A DNA stretch of 63,578 nucleotides, the filler included, from Cercozoa sp. M6MM (lineage: Eukaryota; Protista; Endomyxa: Ascetosporea), in the NCBI GenBank assembly GCA_040357565.1. It is 13 parts of 13 records of this genome, joined end to end, with 100 filler letters (N's around TTAATTAATTAA, not from the genome) between each part and the next. Parts side by side here need not be neighbours in the genome. Positions count along the whole stretch, not along the records: positions 42,763 to 53,731 come from JBDODJ010000422.1; positions 53,832 to 58,483 come from JBDODJ010001086.1; positions 58,584 to 61,592 come from JBDODJ010001652.1; positions 61,693 to 63,578 come from JBDODJ010001892.1; 9 more parts are not named here. One strand, 5' to 3'. Each line of letters begins with the position of its first letter. Within the stretch, counting starts at the first letter, position 1. Shown piece after piece: positions 52,029 through 63,536 of this stretch. The notes beneath the pieces are model-generated. The model searched no databases, was not told where the DNA came from, and worked only from the letters and a program-made list of their open reading frames with translations. A program made the position numbers and the translations under genes.

Positions 52029-53712
52029 CTAGGCGCCCACGCATCGACAGTACTCGGCGTAGTTGGAGCCTGTGCCAGATTTGCAAAGTTTAGAATATAC
52101 AAAAAAAAACGGCAAAAAGAGAAATATACTCTGTAAGAAGCGAGGCAGTGAGTCAGTCTCCATGAGTCGCCAAACAACCTCACCTGCTCCGTCGTACAGG
52201 TCAGGCGGCGCGTCCGATAGGCGTTTGCGGATGTTATCACTGCAAGTCAGCCAAAAAAGACAAAAAAGATCCAAGCGGAGGCAAGAAAAAACGAAAGAAA
52301 GATAGCAGAAGACTGTACAAGGTGCTGCCGTCGAGATTGACGAGTTTATCGGCTTCTCGACTGCCCTGATCGGTCGTGGCGATAAAGTTGCGATACAGAT
52401 TGACGGCCTGGACCTCTCGTTGTGCACGATTGCTGGACGGAATCCTCCGGTACTCCTCGGTGGCGCGGTAGAACTGGAGGTTCTCGTGGCAGTAGGTGTC
52501 CCTCAGGAAGCGTTCAAAGTGCGCCAGCAGCACCACGTCGTCGCCGCTGATCACCTGTTGCAGCGTGACACGGCCCTCCAGCGCTCCGGCCGCGGCCGAC
52601 GGCACGGCGCGTTTCTTGAGCGACTCGGCGTCCATCTGGGCCAGGTCGTCCACCTAAACACAGACACACAAGTCAGTTCCAAAACACTACATTCCCTAAA
52701 CTAAAGAAAAGTCCTCTGTTACCGAGAAACCGAGGTCGAAATCCAGCGGCACCGCGTTCAGTTTCGTCGACGGACGCAGCGACAAGTCTCGTGCCTAGGT
52801 GGAGAGGGGGGGGGGTAAGGTTAAAGAGAAGTAATAATGGGGAGTATAGTGGGGAGTTAAATGGGGAGAAAGAGAGGAATAAATGGGGAGTAAAGAGGTG
52901 AGTAAAGAGGGGATAAAGGGGTATAAATGAGAACAAAATGGGAAGGTAAAGAGGGGGTAAATGGGAAGGTAACGAGGTAAGTAAAAAGGCAGGTAAAGAG
53001 TGAGGTAAAGAGTAAGGTAAAGGGGGAGTAAAGAGTAAGGTAAAGAGTCAGGTAAAGGAGTAAAGAGGGGAGTAAAAAGGCAGGTAAAGAGTAAGGTAAA
53101 GGAGGAGTAAAGAGGGAAGTAAAAAGGCAGGTAAAGAGTGAGGTAAAGAGTAAGGTAAGAGGCAAGTAAAGAGGAAGGTAAAGAGTAAGGTAAAGAGTAA
53201 GGTAAAAAGGCAGGTAAAAAGGCAGGTAAAAAGGCAGGTAAAGAGGGGAGTAAGAGGGGAGTAAGAGGGCAGGTAAAGAGGGCAGTAAAGAGGCAGGTAA
53301 AACACACCTGCCGCTGCACGGCGTCCTCGTCGTCGTTGTAGTTGGCGATGAGGGCGTCCATGCCCTGCAGCTGCGTCGGCAGCGCCGTCGCGAGCGAGCG
53401 CAGCAGGCCGCGCTGCAGCGTCACCAGCGGCAGCATCGACTCGGTGATTTTGCCCTGCGACACGCGCGCCTCCTGACACATGGCCGTCAGGTTCTGCTCG
53501 TAGTACACCTTCCTGCACACACACACACACGCCGCCGTACATACCGACCGTACACACCGACCGTACACATGGACACACATGGACACAATACACACAGACA
53601 CAATACACACATGACCCGTACACACGGACTGTACACATGACCCGTACACATGGACAGATACACTGGCCTACCGAGCAGCCTCGTAGCGACCCAGCGACTG
53701 TTGGAACTCCTC
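52029..53712 (-). CDS. RGS-domain protein with helical (BAR-like?) upstream region, 5'-truncated
   Basis: TLQQVIS...HFERFLRDTYCHENLQFYRATEEYRR...LYRNFI...VNLD|..LYDGAGEVVWRLMETDSLPRFLQS is a canonical RGS domain. Confidence 0.9.
52797..53306. repeat. About 510-bp intronic purine-rich minisatellite (GGTAAAGAG / GGCAGGTAAAAA variants)
   Basis: Direct reading. Fills one intron of the RGS gene. Confidence 0.93.
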
Positions 53713-53831
53713 CTATGGGGGGGGGGGGGGGNNNNNNNNNNNNNNNNNNNNNNNNNNNNNNNNNNNNNNNNNNNNTTAATTAATTAANNNNNNNNNNNNN
53801 NNNNNNNNNNNNNNNNNNNNNNNNNNNNNNN

Positions 53832-53882
<51 letters not shown>

Positions 53883-53899
53883 CACTCACACACCAGCTT

Positions 53900-56800
53900 T
53901 AGTATGTTGCTTTGGTTTGAATTAGATTCCTCGATTGGTTTTTGGAAAAAGCCTGCTCGCAACGGCGATGTTGACCCAAACACATCATCAACTGACAACT
54001 TGCAACTTGTTCGTATGGTAAATTGCAACCGTATTCGAGCCTGTGCCTCTGCTTTGGGTATAGCATTTGTACTCGGTATCGATATTCACGGCGCAGTGGG
54101 ACCTTCCTGCACCGCAAATTGTGCTTGCGAGCAAGGGCGACGTTTTGTACACGTCTCCAGTGACGGCTCCTGTCATTCTTGGATGGTACATGGAGCCGGA
54201 GGTCTCTTTTTGTTTGAGATATTTCGATGAATTGTCCTTGTGGTAAGCAACATAGGAGTATGTCTCGTTCTGAGTCGATCCTATCGTTGGAGGGACATCA
54301 CAAAGATCTCATTACGCACTTGCAACCGATCGAACTTGAAGGGAGACAGTTGCTCCTTTCGGCTTCGCTTGACGGAACGCTCGGCGTACCTTAGGCTTGT
54401 TCTTTTCGGATTTTGATGCGTTCTGATACTCTGGGCGCTGGACCTGTTTTCGCAGATGTGGGCCCCGTTGTATCGTCGTTTGGTATCCGTCGGATCCTTC
54501 AAGTACCGTATCGGCGTCGATGACGGCGAATTAAACTGTGTCAAAGAAGAACATCGCACGTCTTCGCGCGATGCCATCAATCGCGATGGAATATGTCACA
54601 TGCTGTACGACAAGTCGAAGAAGCTGCTTGTAACAGCCGGAATCGACAGGCGGGTAATGCTGTGGAATTTCAACTCTGTAGACATGCACGAACTGCTCGG
54701 TGACTCTGACAGTACACGGAGCTTTGTTGGCAAGTTCGCACCCACTAATGTTCTGGAAGTGCCGCCCGATTTCACTGGTGGAGAAGACCTCACGAGTATT
54801 GTGTCGGTGGAGTTCTTTACCCCCTCCAAGGGTCCCCATGAGGAACAACTCTTCGCCGTCGCTGCAACTGCTTCGCATGTTCATGTGATTTCAGTAGAAC
54901 GTGCCGAAATCGTTCAGTCATTGGGTACGATGTTCGTTTGTTGTCAGCACTGGAAGTTGTGGGTGTCAGTTAAGAGAGTCGATTGAGCAGATTTGACGAC
55001 CGCCATTGAGGAACGGGTCCGACTTCGTCGCTCTCACCTGCCAAAGTCCCAACGAAAGCGACAACGTCAACGGGAGAGTCGACCGAAGATTACGGCACTA
55101 TCCGTTGACTCGCGCAGGAGTGCACTGCATGTCGGAATCGGTCGCGATGGAATCATACGGGTCGATTGCTTTCTCCCGGATGCTTTGCCGATTGTGTCGG
55201 AAGGTGAAGTGCGGAGCTCCGTCTTAGGTAAACTTACTATTCATGTCTGCGTTCCGTTTTCTCAAAACGGATGTGACTTGACATTGTTAGGGGCTGCCTT
55301 CAACAACAACTCGCTGAGCTTTGTCACCATGACTCACGAGGCGATACAGTTGTTCGACAGTTTCTCGGGCAGGTTAACTCGAACCTTTCCTCTCCCGCGA
55401 GGTGTCAAGGCAGCCAAATTCATGCTCGGGCCACGGCAAAGACGAATCTTTATCACGTCAGAAGATGGCACTGTTCGTGTTTTCAATGGAACAAACGGCA
55501 ACCTCACGCGTACAGTGCACGTGGCTTTACTGCACACGCTGGAGACCCCACGAACTCGAAAAACGCTGCAGCAGTCAAGAAGCGATAGCTTGGAGGAAGA
55601 GCTGACATCCAAAGCAGCCCTCGCTTTGGCAACCGGTGTACCGTGTTTCTCTGAATTTAGCCTGTCCCTTAAGGGGTCGAGAATTCCCTCTATAGAAACG
55701 GACGGTGACGAGTGTGCGCACACTTGCGTATGACAACTCTACAGCCAGTGTCGTTGTTGGCCACAGTGATGGCCGAGTAACGCTTCATGCCGACGACATC
55801 AACGCACAAACTCGGCGCGGCATGGCAGAAGCTCTGCGAGAAGAAAACGTAACTGCACTCGCAACCGTGGCCACAGTCGGATCGAGTCTCAGCTGGGCCG
55901 CTGTAGGCGGTGCGCGAGGTTCCCTTGCAGTGATTGAGCTTTCACACATGACCACAGTGGCATCAATTTCGTCGGTGCTGGGTGACGTTGCCCACGGCTA
56001 CTCAGTCAATGCATTGTGCTGGGTCGACAACTGGCCTCTCCTCGTGGTAGCTTGCGACAACGGTAAACTTATCTTTCGCACTTTCTGATCTTCGTCGTCG
56101 CTCAATGTCAGTTTGTTGTCTGTGAAAACAGCAAAACTCGCTCTTTGGCGCATCGGCGAACGCGTGTCGGAATGCGCTTTGATTAGCATCTACGATTGTG
56201 AGCTGCTGGCTTCGTGTAACGACGAACACAGACCTGAGCGAGCGAGTTTAACTGCTGTCACCGTCGACAAAGAAAGCCAGTTCGTGTTTGTGGGTGACTC
56301 TTTCGGTCGCATGTACTGTCTAGATTTTGAAGGCACCTTGCGGCACATCGGTACGTGATCATATAGGCCAATGTAACGTCAATATGAGAAGTAAAACTAC
56401 GACAGCACATTTTGCTTTCTTCCGAAGCAGGCACGTTGCTGGCGACACGGTCCTCCAGTAACCAGAGTCTGGCAGCTGCACAGGCTCAGTGCAAACCAAA
56501 ACTGATCTACTGTGCTCAAACACATAAACGTGGAACAACGGTGACAGCTTTGACTTTCGTTGACGCCCTCTCGCCTGTTGTGGTTGCTTGCGGTTCTGAC
56601 GGAGAAGCGCACCTGGTGACTCAATTTACTCTTGGGAGGTTACTTTCAAAATTGTTCCTTGGGCAGGTGCAAGCCGTCGGAGGCTACAATGTGGGAACAT
56701 TGGGTCGCCGAAGGCACTGGAACTTCCTACCAGACGTCGATCGGCATCGCTTGGTTGCCAACGAGCAAGTGCTCAAGGTACAGGAACAGGTGGCAGAACT

Positions 56801-57764
56801 GAGGCGCGTGCACCCACACTCAGCAGCATCATCTTTGAAAACGTCAACGAGAGCATCAAGCGCAGTGCGTGACGAACTCGATCGAGGCATATATCACGAA
56901 GACCACGTAAGGACACGTTTGAACTGAACTACCAAAGTTCAATTTTATCATCACACATTGTTTTAAATTTTAGAGAAAGATTCGCCGTTTTGCTTCAGAG
57001 CTGCTGCTGCAAACTTCAAGTTCTCCGGGTAACCTGAAACGCAACAAATCGTTCGTGTTGACGGATAGTTGTGACGACAAAGACGCGTTGTTCGAGTGCG
57101 AAACCGATGAAGATACGAGCGTCCCGTACGTCAACATTCTTCAGTTGTGATGATCGCAAAGCCAAATGTCTAATGCGCAAATTGTAGAGACACAGCGGTA
57201 TCCAAGGCAGCAAAAGACGCAGCGAAAGCGCTAAACAGAATTCTCGCAGCCGCACGTCGCCGAAGGAACCGAAGCATGTAAATTACACCATAAATTTTAT
57301 TACTAAGTTTAATTTAGTAAACTTATTCGTATTTGATTCAGCTATATTGGCATCATAGTTTCAAGAAAAAGCATGAGGCGGAGAAGCGAGCCAAGCTAGC
57401 GGGTCCGGGTGGAGCGCGGCGACTGTGCCGTTCGCTAAGGCGCTCGGCAACGTGCGTCTCGTCTTCGCAACTGTTGCTCGGAACCTCGACTTCGAAAGGA
57501 GGGATTTTGCAGCAGCGCATCTTTGCCTCGCAAGATGAGTTGTACGATGAACGCGAACGATCGACTGAACGCGAAACAGCACTGCTCATGAAAGTCGGAC
57601 GCTTCGAACGCCACGTCGACGTTGGTGAGAAGAAACTACTCAGCGCAGCTCAGCGACTTGACTGCGCACTCGGCGCGCTTCCCGATAGCGTCAAGGACGC
57701 CGGTGCTCGGCCCTTCAAGTTCTGTAGCACCACTACGGTCGACATCCCACTCCAATCTAAGTGA
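53900..57764 (+). CDS. WD40-repeat protein (WDR49/WDR64-like?), 5'-truncated
   Basis: LEGHHKDLIT...LLSASLDGTL|xMW, LLVTAGIDRRVMLWNF, FITSEDGTVRVFN, AHGYSVNALCW, FVFVGDSFG, GYNVGTLG...WNF. Confidence 0.82.
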
Positions 57765-57871
57765 CGAGTTCAGTTTGTACTTCTGTAAACCAGCGCAGCG
57801 ACCGAACGGCATGAACTTAACGGAACTGAACCTTGAAGATACTATTTTTAACGTAATACGTTACGTTAGCG

Positions 57872-57983
57872 TAGTTAGTTGAGTCTTCTAAAAAACCAAC
57901 TATGTAGTTCCCCTGCACCAGTATGAAGTGGGTCACAAGAGCATGGCCGTGTCTACCGCCCGCTTAGGGTAGGACCATACACC
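57872..57983. mobile_element. Short dispersed repeat copy A (SINE-like or truncated LINE 3' end candidate)
   Basis: Aligns by eye with the reverse complement of 59038-59163. Lies between 12-bp direct repeats TAACGTAATACG at 57849-57860 and 58017-58028. Confidence 0.55.
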
Positions 57984-58160
57984 GAAGTCGACTTCATGGT
58001 TGTGCAGGTAGCGGGGTAACGTAATACGCTTCTTGATGTACTAGTCCAGTTGGTGCAATGGTGATAACGTTTGTGTGTGGTAACTAACGTAAACGGTCGT
58101 GTCAGGCCGACGAGAGTGTTTCTTTGGCAGAGTGTTTCTTTGGCAGAGTGTTTCTTTGGT

Positions 58161-58483
58161 CTACTCGTCGTCCTCGTCGGTGTCCTCGACGACACGCACC
58201 TCCATGACGCGAATCTCGTCTGTAAAAGCACACACACACAGTATGTACAAATGGACGAGCCACCGAGACACCGGACTGGACACATGGCTACCGATGGGAT
58301 GCTCCTTGCGGCACGGCGTCGTCTCGATGGCGTGCACGACGTCCATGCCGCGCACGACGCGTCCGAATACCGTGTGCTTCTGATCCAGCTGCAGGGGGGG
58401 GGGGGGGCAAACAGAGGGGGCGGGGGGTAGGGGTAGGGGGGTAAAGGGTGGGGAGGTAGGTCGTAAAAGTACCCATGGACACG
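58161..58483 (-). CDS. Cyclophilin-domain C-terminus (PPWD1-like), 5'-truncated
   Basis: CPW|LDQKHTVFGRVVRGMDVVHAIETTPCRKEHP|xDEIRVMEVRV...*. Confidence 0.8.
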
Positions 58484-58583
58484 NNNNNNNNNNNNNNNNN
58501 NNNNNNNNNNNNNNNNNNNNNNNNNNNTTAATTAATTAANNNNNNNNNNNNNNNNNNNNNNNNNNNNNNNNNNNNNNNNNNNN

Positions 58584-58688
<105 letters not shown>

Positions 58689-59037
58689 TTACTCTTCTGC
58701 TCTGGTATTTCAGGTGCTTGAATACACTGAGTTACAACAAAAAGGCGACCTGTGAGTGACCACTTCGGTTTTCAGGTTGAGACTGCAACAGAGACGCAAA
58801 AAGACTACTCCATTCTCCCATGTTGTCCACTGCAGACGTGAGAAACACCCGGTCAGTGTTGTCGACCTACGGCGAAGGAAAAACGGTAAAGTAGGTACGG
58901 TAGCCATCGGCAGTACACGCAGTCAACCAGCGTCGGACTACCGACGCTAGTTCGGTAGGTACGGTCGGGTACTCGACTGTAGTTAGTGTTATTCAGTTGA
59001 CCGAGCTTGAAGAATACTGAGGAACTTCAACAGGGGA

Positions 59038-59163
59038 GTTGGATGGCCCCACTTTTAGCGGGCAGTGGACTACGGGACCATGCGCTTGTGACCCACCCAG
59101 GACTGGCGTGGTACCGTACAGAGAAACTACATCGTTGGTTTCTTCGTAGACTGAACTAAACTA
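59038..59163. mobile_element. Short dispersed repeat copy B
   Basis: Reverse complement TAGTTTAGTTCAGTCTACGAAGAAACCAACGATGTAGTTTCTCTGTAC...GTGGGTCACAAGCGCATGGTCCCGTAGTCCACTGCCCGCTAAAAGTGGGGCCAT is homologous to copy A. Confidence 0.55.
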
Positions 59164-59420
59164 TTGCCTCAACTTCTTCTCAACGTGCCCGGGCTCATCT
59201 TTGTGCTCGCCTGTAAACAGCGTGTGTTTGACAGAAAAGGTTGCGCACCGGCACTAAGATCATGCATGTAACTGTATACCCTGTTGTCTTTTGCGTTCCA
59301 CGTTCACGTATTGCGTCAGTCGCTTCGACAGCTCGGCGTTGGCTGCTGCGAGTTGCTCGACGAGCGCCTGGACACCGACCAGCTCATCCGAAACATCCTG
59401 CGACGTCTGTGTCCTGTGGA
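59161..59420 (-). CDS. Small coiled-coil hypothetical protein (partial model)
   Basis: TQTSQDVSDELVGVQALVEQLAAANAELSKRLTQYVNVERKRQQ|GEHKDEPGHVEKKLRQ*. Confidence 0.35.
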
Positions 59421-59744
59421 CAAGACAAGTTTTATGCAAATAAAACGGTGACACAATGATATCAAGCAACTTAGACCTACACAAAAACCTACGAGAACGC
59501 GCCAAATCGCGCACTGTGGAAGTCGGTATGCACCGAGATTGGCATTGTAACCGCAAGATAAGGCAAGGTTTAATCCGATAAAGTGGACTCAGGCGAGCGG
59601 GAGCCCGAGGGGCGGTGTATCTCCCGCCAAGAAACAGCAAAAAACCGAACTTTCACAGAATAGCCATTTTGTTCGCTGAATGAGAGAAACAGTCATCCGT
59701 CTGATTAGTTGCTTGCAGGCGTAGCTACAGTGTCACAGTCAATA

Positions 59745-60672
59745 ATGTCGGCCGAGGTACACTTTCTAGGGCTTTCTGGCCGTCGGTACTGGTTTGGCCG
59801 TGGGTTCATCGTGCCGAGGCGCTAACTCGTCCTGCAAGAGCTTAGCCGCTTGTAGGTTGTTTTGGCCTCGGTTCGAGTGGTTCTTGGTCTTGCTCAGTTC
59901 GTATGTGTGATTGTTTTTTGTGTTTTTCGTTTTTTGCGAGCATGGCGTATTTTTTGGCGCGCTTTTGTGTTGCGATACCTCATACGTTGTGCTGCATATG
60001 TTATGCTGCTATGTTGTGCTGCTGCATACGATGTTGTCTCTGTGCATGATTTTTATGTATGTCCCGCTGCAGGAGAACAAGCCGGTTGAGGAGATCAAGG
60101 AGGATGAGGAGATGGGCGGCCTCGACGAGGGTATCGAAGAGAAGGTGTACAAGCTCATGTCGTCGGACGGCCAGGAGTTCGAGTTGTCGGCACAGGACTG
60201 CAAGTTGTCGAAGCTAATCTCTAACATGGCTGAAGCTGACGCGAGCGCCACCGAATACAACCTCGACGAGGTGGACGGTGCCACGCTGGGCCACGTCGTT
60301 CGCTACCTGCAGCACCACGGTGGCAAGGTGCCATCATGTTCGCGTCATTTCACGCACTGATGTCACTTGCACACTTACCTTGTACCTTGCGTCTTTGTAT
60401 CTGGTGAGCAGGAGCCGGCTGAGATCAAGAAGCCGGTGCGCTCGCTCAAAATGGCCAAGATCGTTGAGGACGAGTTCGACGCCAAGTTTATTGATGACTT
60501 TGAGGTCAAGGACATCTTCTCGGTCATCCTTGCGGCCAACTACATGGACATCCAGTCGCTGCTAAACCTTGGCTGCGCCAAGATCGCCACCATGATCAAG
60601 GGCAAAAAGCCGGAGGACATGAAGAAGGTCCTTTCGGGCGAGAGCACGGAAGCCGCTGCCGAGGCCTCATAA
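59745..60672 (+). CDS. SKP1: SKP1-family protein
   Basis: MSAE|ENKP...YKLMSSDGQEFEL...SKLISNM...VDGATLGHVVRYLQHH|...IFSVILAANYMDIQSLLNLGCAKIATMIKGKKPED. Confidence 0.95.
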
Positions 60673-60924
60673 TTAACTAGTAACATGTCACGGTACCCCT
60701 CACTATTCGCATCATATCCATAGCTTGTCTGTTTTTACGGTTAATACGTAAAAAATCGGGTTACTATTTTTTTGCCGAGTTGCATGATGGATGGGCACAA
60801 AGTAAAATAATTGGAGCATTCAATTGGAGGGATTTTTAGTTCTGGACGCTGCAAGTGTTCAAAAATAAGGATGAGCGCCGGTTTACTTTGTTGTTCGGCA
60901 AAAAAGTAGTAGTAACATCCGTCA

Positions 60925-61120
60925 CAGTACCCCCCAAAAATCGACGTGATATCCGAGGATTTGATTCATTCGGTACTTTCCAGTGCACAAGTCGGTCTTC
61001 GCTACCCCGCTGGGAGAAGGGATGCGCGTCCCGTGGGTGGCGACGGGCAGCACGGCGGCGAGACGCGACGGGTTAGGCCGGGCCGAGGGGGGGGGGGGGG
61101 CAGTAGGGTGCCATTGTTCC
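60925..61120 (-). ncRNA. Candidate telomerase RNA (structured intergenic RNA)
   Basis: Template-like CCUAACCC (61070-61077), then a predicted pseudoknot, a three-way junction and AUUUUUGG. Folded by hand only; see findings. Confidence 0.38.
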
Positions 61121-61217
61121 AAAATTAGATCCTATGGTAGTACGTTAGTGAGCGAAGTCATACAGCACAAAAAGCGAAGAAAAGTGACCGGCGTCCGACG
61201 GTTAAAACTAGTTGTGG

Positions 61218-61520
61218 TTAAGCCGGCATTTGGCCAAACTTCAACTTGTCAAAGAACTCGTTGGCCGAAACGGGAATATCGAGGTCCGTCTCGTCGTCAG
61301 TCCATGCGAGACGGCCACAGGACTCGGCTTTGAGCATCGCATCGTGCACCTCGGGAACCGCTGAAATAGACACACATACCAGTCAATGCATCACAAAACG
61401 ACACTGACAAGCATATACGACAAGGGGAACAGTAGAAGTAGTACGAGCACGCATGATGCACTCACGCATAGCCATCGGCAGCGTGACTGTCTTGGGCGTG
61501 CCTGCGGAGCGTGCATGTGC
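61218..61520 (-). CDS. Hypothetical protein 3' end
   Basis: ...PKTVTLPMAM|PVPEVHDAMLKAESCGRLAWTDDETDLDIPVSANEFFDKLKFGQMPA*. Confidence 0.45.
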
Positions 61521-61539
61521 CTGTACACATGTATACAAA

Positions 61540-61592
<53 letters not shown>

Positions 61593-61692
61593 NNNNNNNN
61601 NNNNNNNNNNNNNNNNNNNNNNNNNNNNNNNNNNNNTTAATTAATTAANNNNNNNNNNNNNNNNNNNNNNNNNNNNNNNNNNNNNNNNNNNN

Positions 61693-62016
61693 ACACACAC
61701 ACGTGTGACACACACACACGTGTGACACACACACACGTGTGACACACACACACGTGTGACACACACACACGTGTGACACACACACACGTGTGACACACAC
61801 ACACACACGTGTGACACACACACACACACACGTGTGACACACACACACGTGTGACACACACACACACGTGTGACACACACACACGTGCGACACACACACA
61901 CACACACACACGTGTGACACACACACACACACACACACGTGTGACACACACACACACACACACACACACGTGTGACACACACACACACACGTGTGACACA
62001 CACACACACACGTGTG

Positions 62017-62044
<28 letters not shown>
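61693..62044. repeat. Compound tandem repeat [(CA)n-CGTGTGA], each unit containing the palindrome CACACGTGTG
   Basis: Direct reading. Variable (CA)n length between CGTGTGA cores. Confidence 0.95.
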
Positions 62045-62049
<5 letters not shown>

Positions 62050-62115
62050 CACAGCACCTATGTATCAACCTACGCTATGTAGCATTCAGTACAGACAAAG
62101 GAGGGAAATTTACCA

Positions 62116-63500
62116 TCCAGTAATTTGAGCCTATCACACGGCGAAATGTCGGATACGCAGAACGATCCGGCAGTGCCGACAATGTGGCCTGCACGAGTAC
62201 ACAGGATTACCAGGAGTTGTGCACAATTCAGCATGCGTTGGATACAGTCGGCGAGATTAGCGCAGTTCCGTAGGTTCGTAGAATAGCTGTTCAATCAGAC
62301 AGAGAGTAGCTACTGTAAAGACTGCACAAACAACAAGACAGTGACAAGCCACGTGTGTTTTCAATCCTGCCAAGTCCCAAGTCTGCCTCGATTATCGGCA
62401 GGTCAGAACCCGCAGAAACGCCCGCTGAGAAGGCAAGGAGTAAAAGGAAGAAAGAGAAATAAAATAGATAGAGGCAACACAATCGTTAAACTGCATGTGA
62501 GTGCACAAGGAGAGTATGATGTAAATGTACGCATTGCAAGTGCATGAAAAAGTGATTTCGTCCGGGTCGTTGGCGACATAAGTTTTGGTCACAACGCCCT
62601 GTTGAGTTGTAGGGGTGCGAAGCAATACGTGGGGTAAATGGGAAAGGGGAACAAAACGCCAACGAGGGTAAGGGCAAGGCACCAACCAAGGGAAATAATT
62701 AAGTTTAGTCTTCTGTTTGGATTCGCGCGTCTTCGACTGTTTTACAGCTCATATCATTGAGGAACGCAGCTCACGAGAAGGTACAATCCCAAGAAAGAAA
62801 ATGTGTATCATAGCTCACTGGGAGCAGACCTTAAATCAAACCACGAATGATGTGTTCTTGCACTGCAGTAAATTTAACTTCAGTTTTACTTTAAAACCAA
62901 AGTACCAGCACGGACATCATTGAAAATCGCCCTCCTGCCCCACAAGCATATCAAGCAACTGCACTAGAGGGCAAAAGGCCGGCACTAAATCGAGCTACAT
63001 TGCAACCGCCTGTCCAACGGAGTTGTGTCGTTCGGAACCAGAATGCCAAGCAACGTGCAACACGAAGGAATGTGAAATAGGCACAACAACGGTACGGGAG
63101 CATTGTATGTCCCAGGAGCCAAGTGACTTCCGTCGCGTCTTTTGACCATCTGAAACTAAATTTAAACACGCACAAGTCTTCACAAGAAGACACAACTGAC
63201 TACGAAAAGAAGAAACGACTACGCAAAGCCATCGACGAGACCAACAACTTCCGAAAAGCTCCCGTTCACCGATGACGTAACAGCGGTCACAAACAATCCA
63301 AGTCAGTGAGTTCATGCGCCATGTGTACCTCCCCAAGAGCCCGATCTGTCACCGACACTGCCGATTACGACGTTACCCGTAGCACCAACAAAGTTCGATC
63401 GTTTCAGCAGCGACGACAGCGCGTGCCGCTCGGCAGGTAGATCTCGTGGTTAAAGGACGTCGCACAGGGCCTGGTCTTCCTTTGGCAGAGCACTCTACGT
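62116..63500 (-). CDS. Fragment with ANF-receptor (Venus flytrap) ligand-binding motif, class C GPCR-like
   Basis: In-frame spliced ILRTYGTALISPT|ATLSALPDRSAYPTFRRVIGSN resembles PQISYxSTSxxLSDKxxYPxFFRTVPSD. Upstream exons not resolved. Confidence 0.5.
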
Positions 63501-63536
63501 GCAGACAGAAAAATGCACTCACATAAATTTACATAA

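Noticed and set aside
57928-57983. Twister ribozyme or H/ACA snoRNA identity for the repeat motif
   Set aside because: Twister-like words (GGUCACAAGC, CACUGCC...UAAAAGUG) are in the wrong order and lack the T1 partner. H and ACA boxes appear in copy A only, and there is no bipartite pocket.
60870-60985. RNase P/MRP RNA (GGAAAGUACCG ... CCGGCGCUCA on the - strand)
   Set aside because: The P4 helix does not pair properly with the bulged U, and a U6 tract interrupts the region.
61693-62044. CRISPR-like array
   Set aside because: The spacers are only variable (CA)n, the context is eukaryotic, and there are no cas genes.
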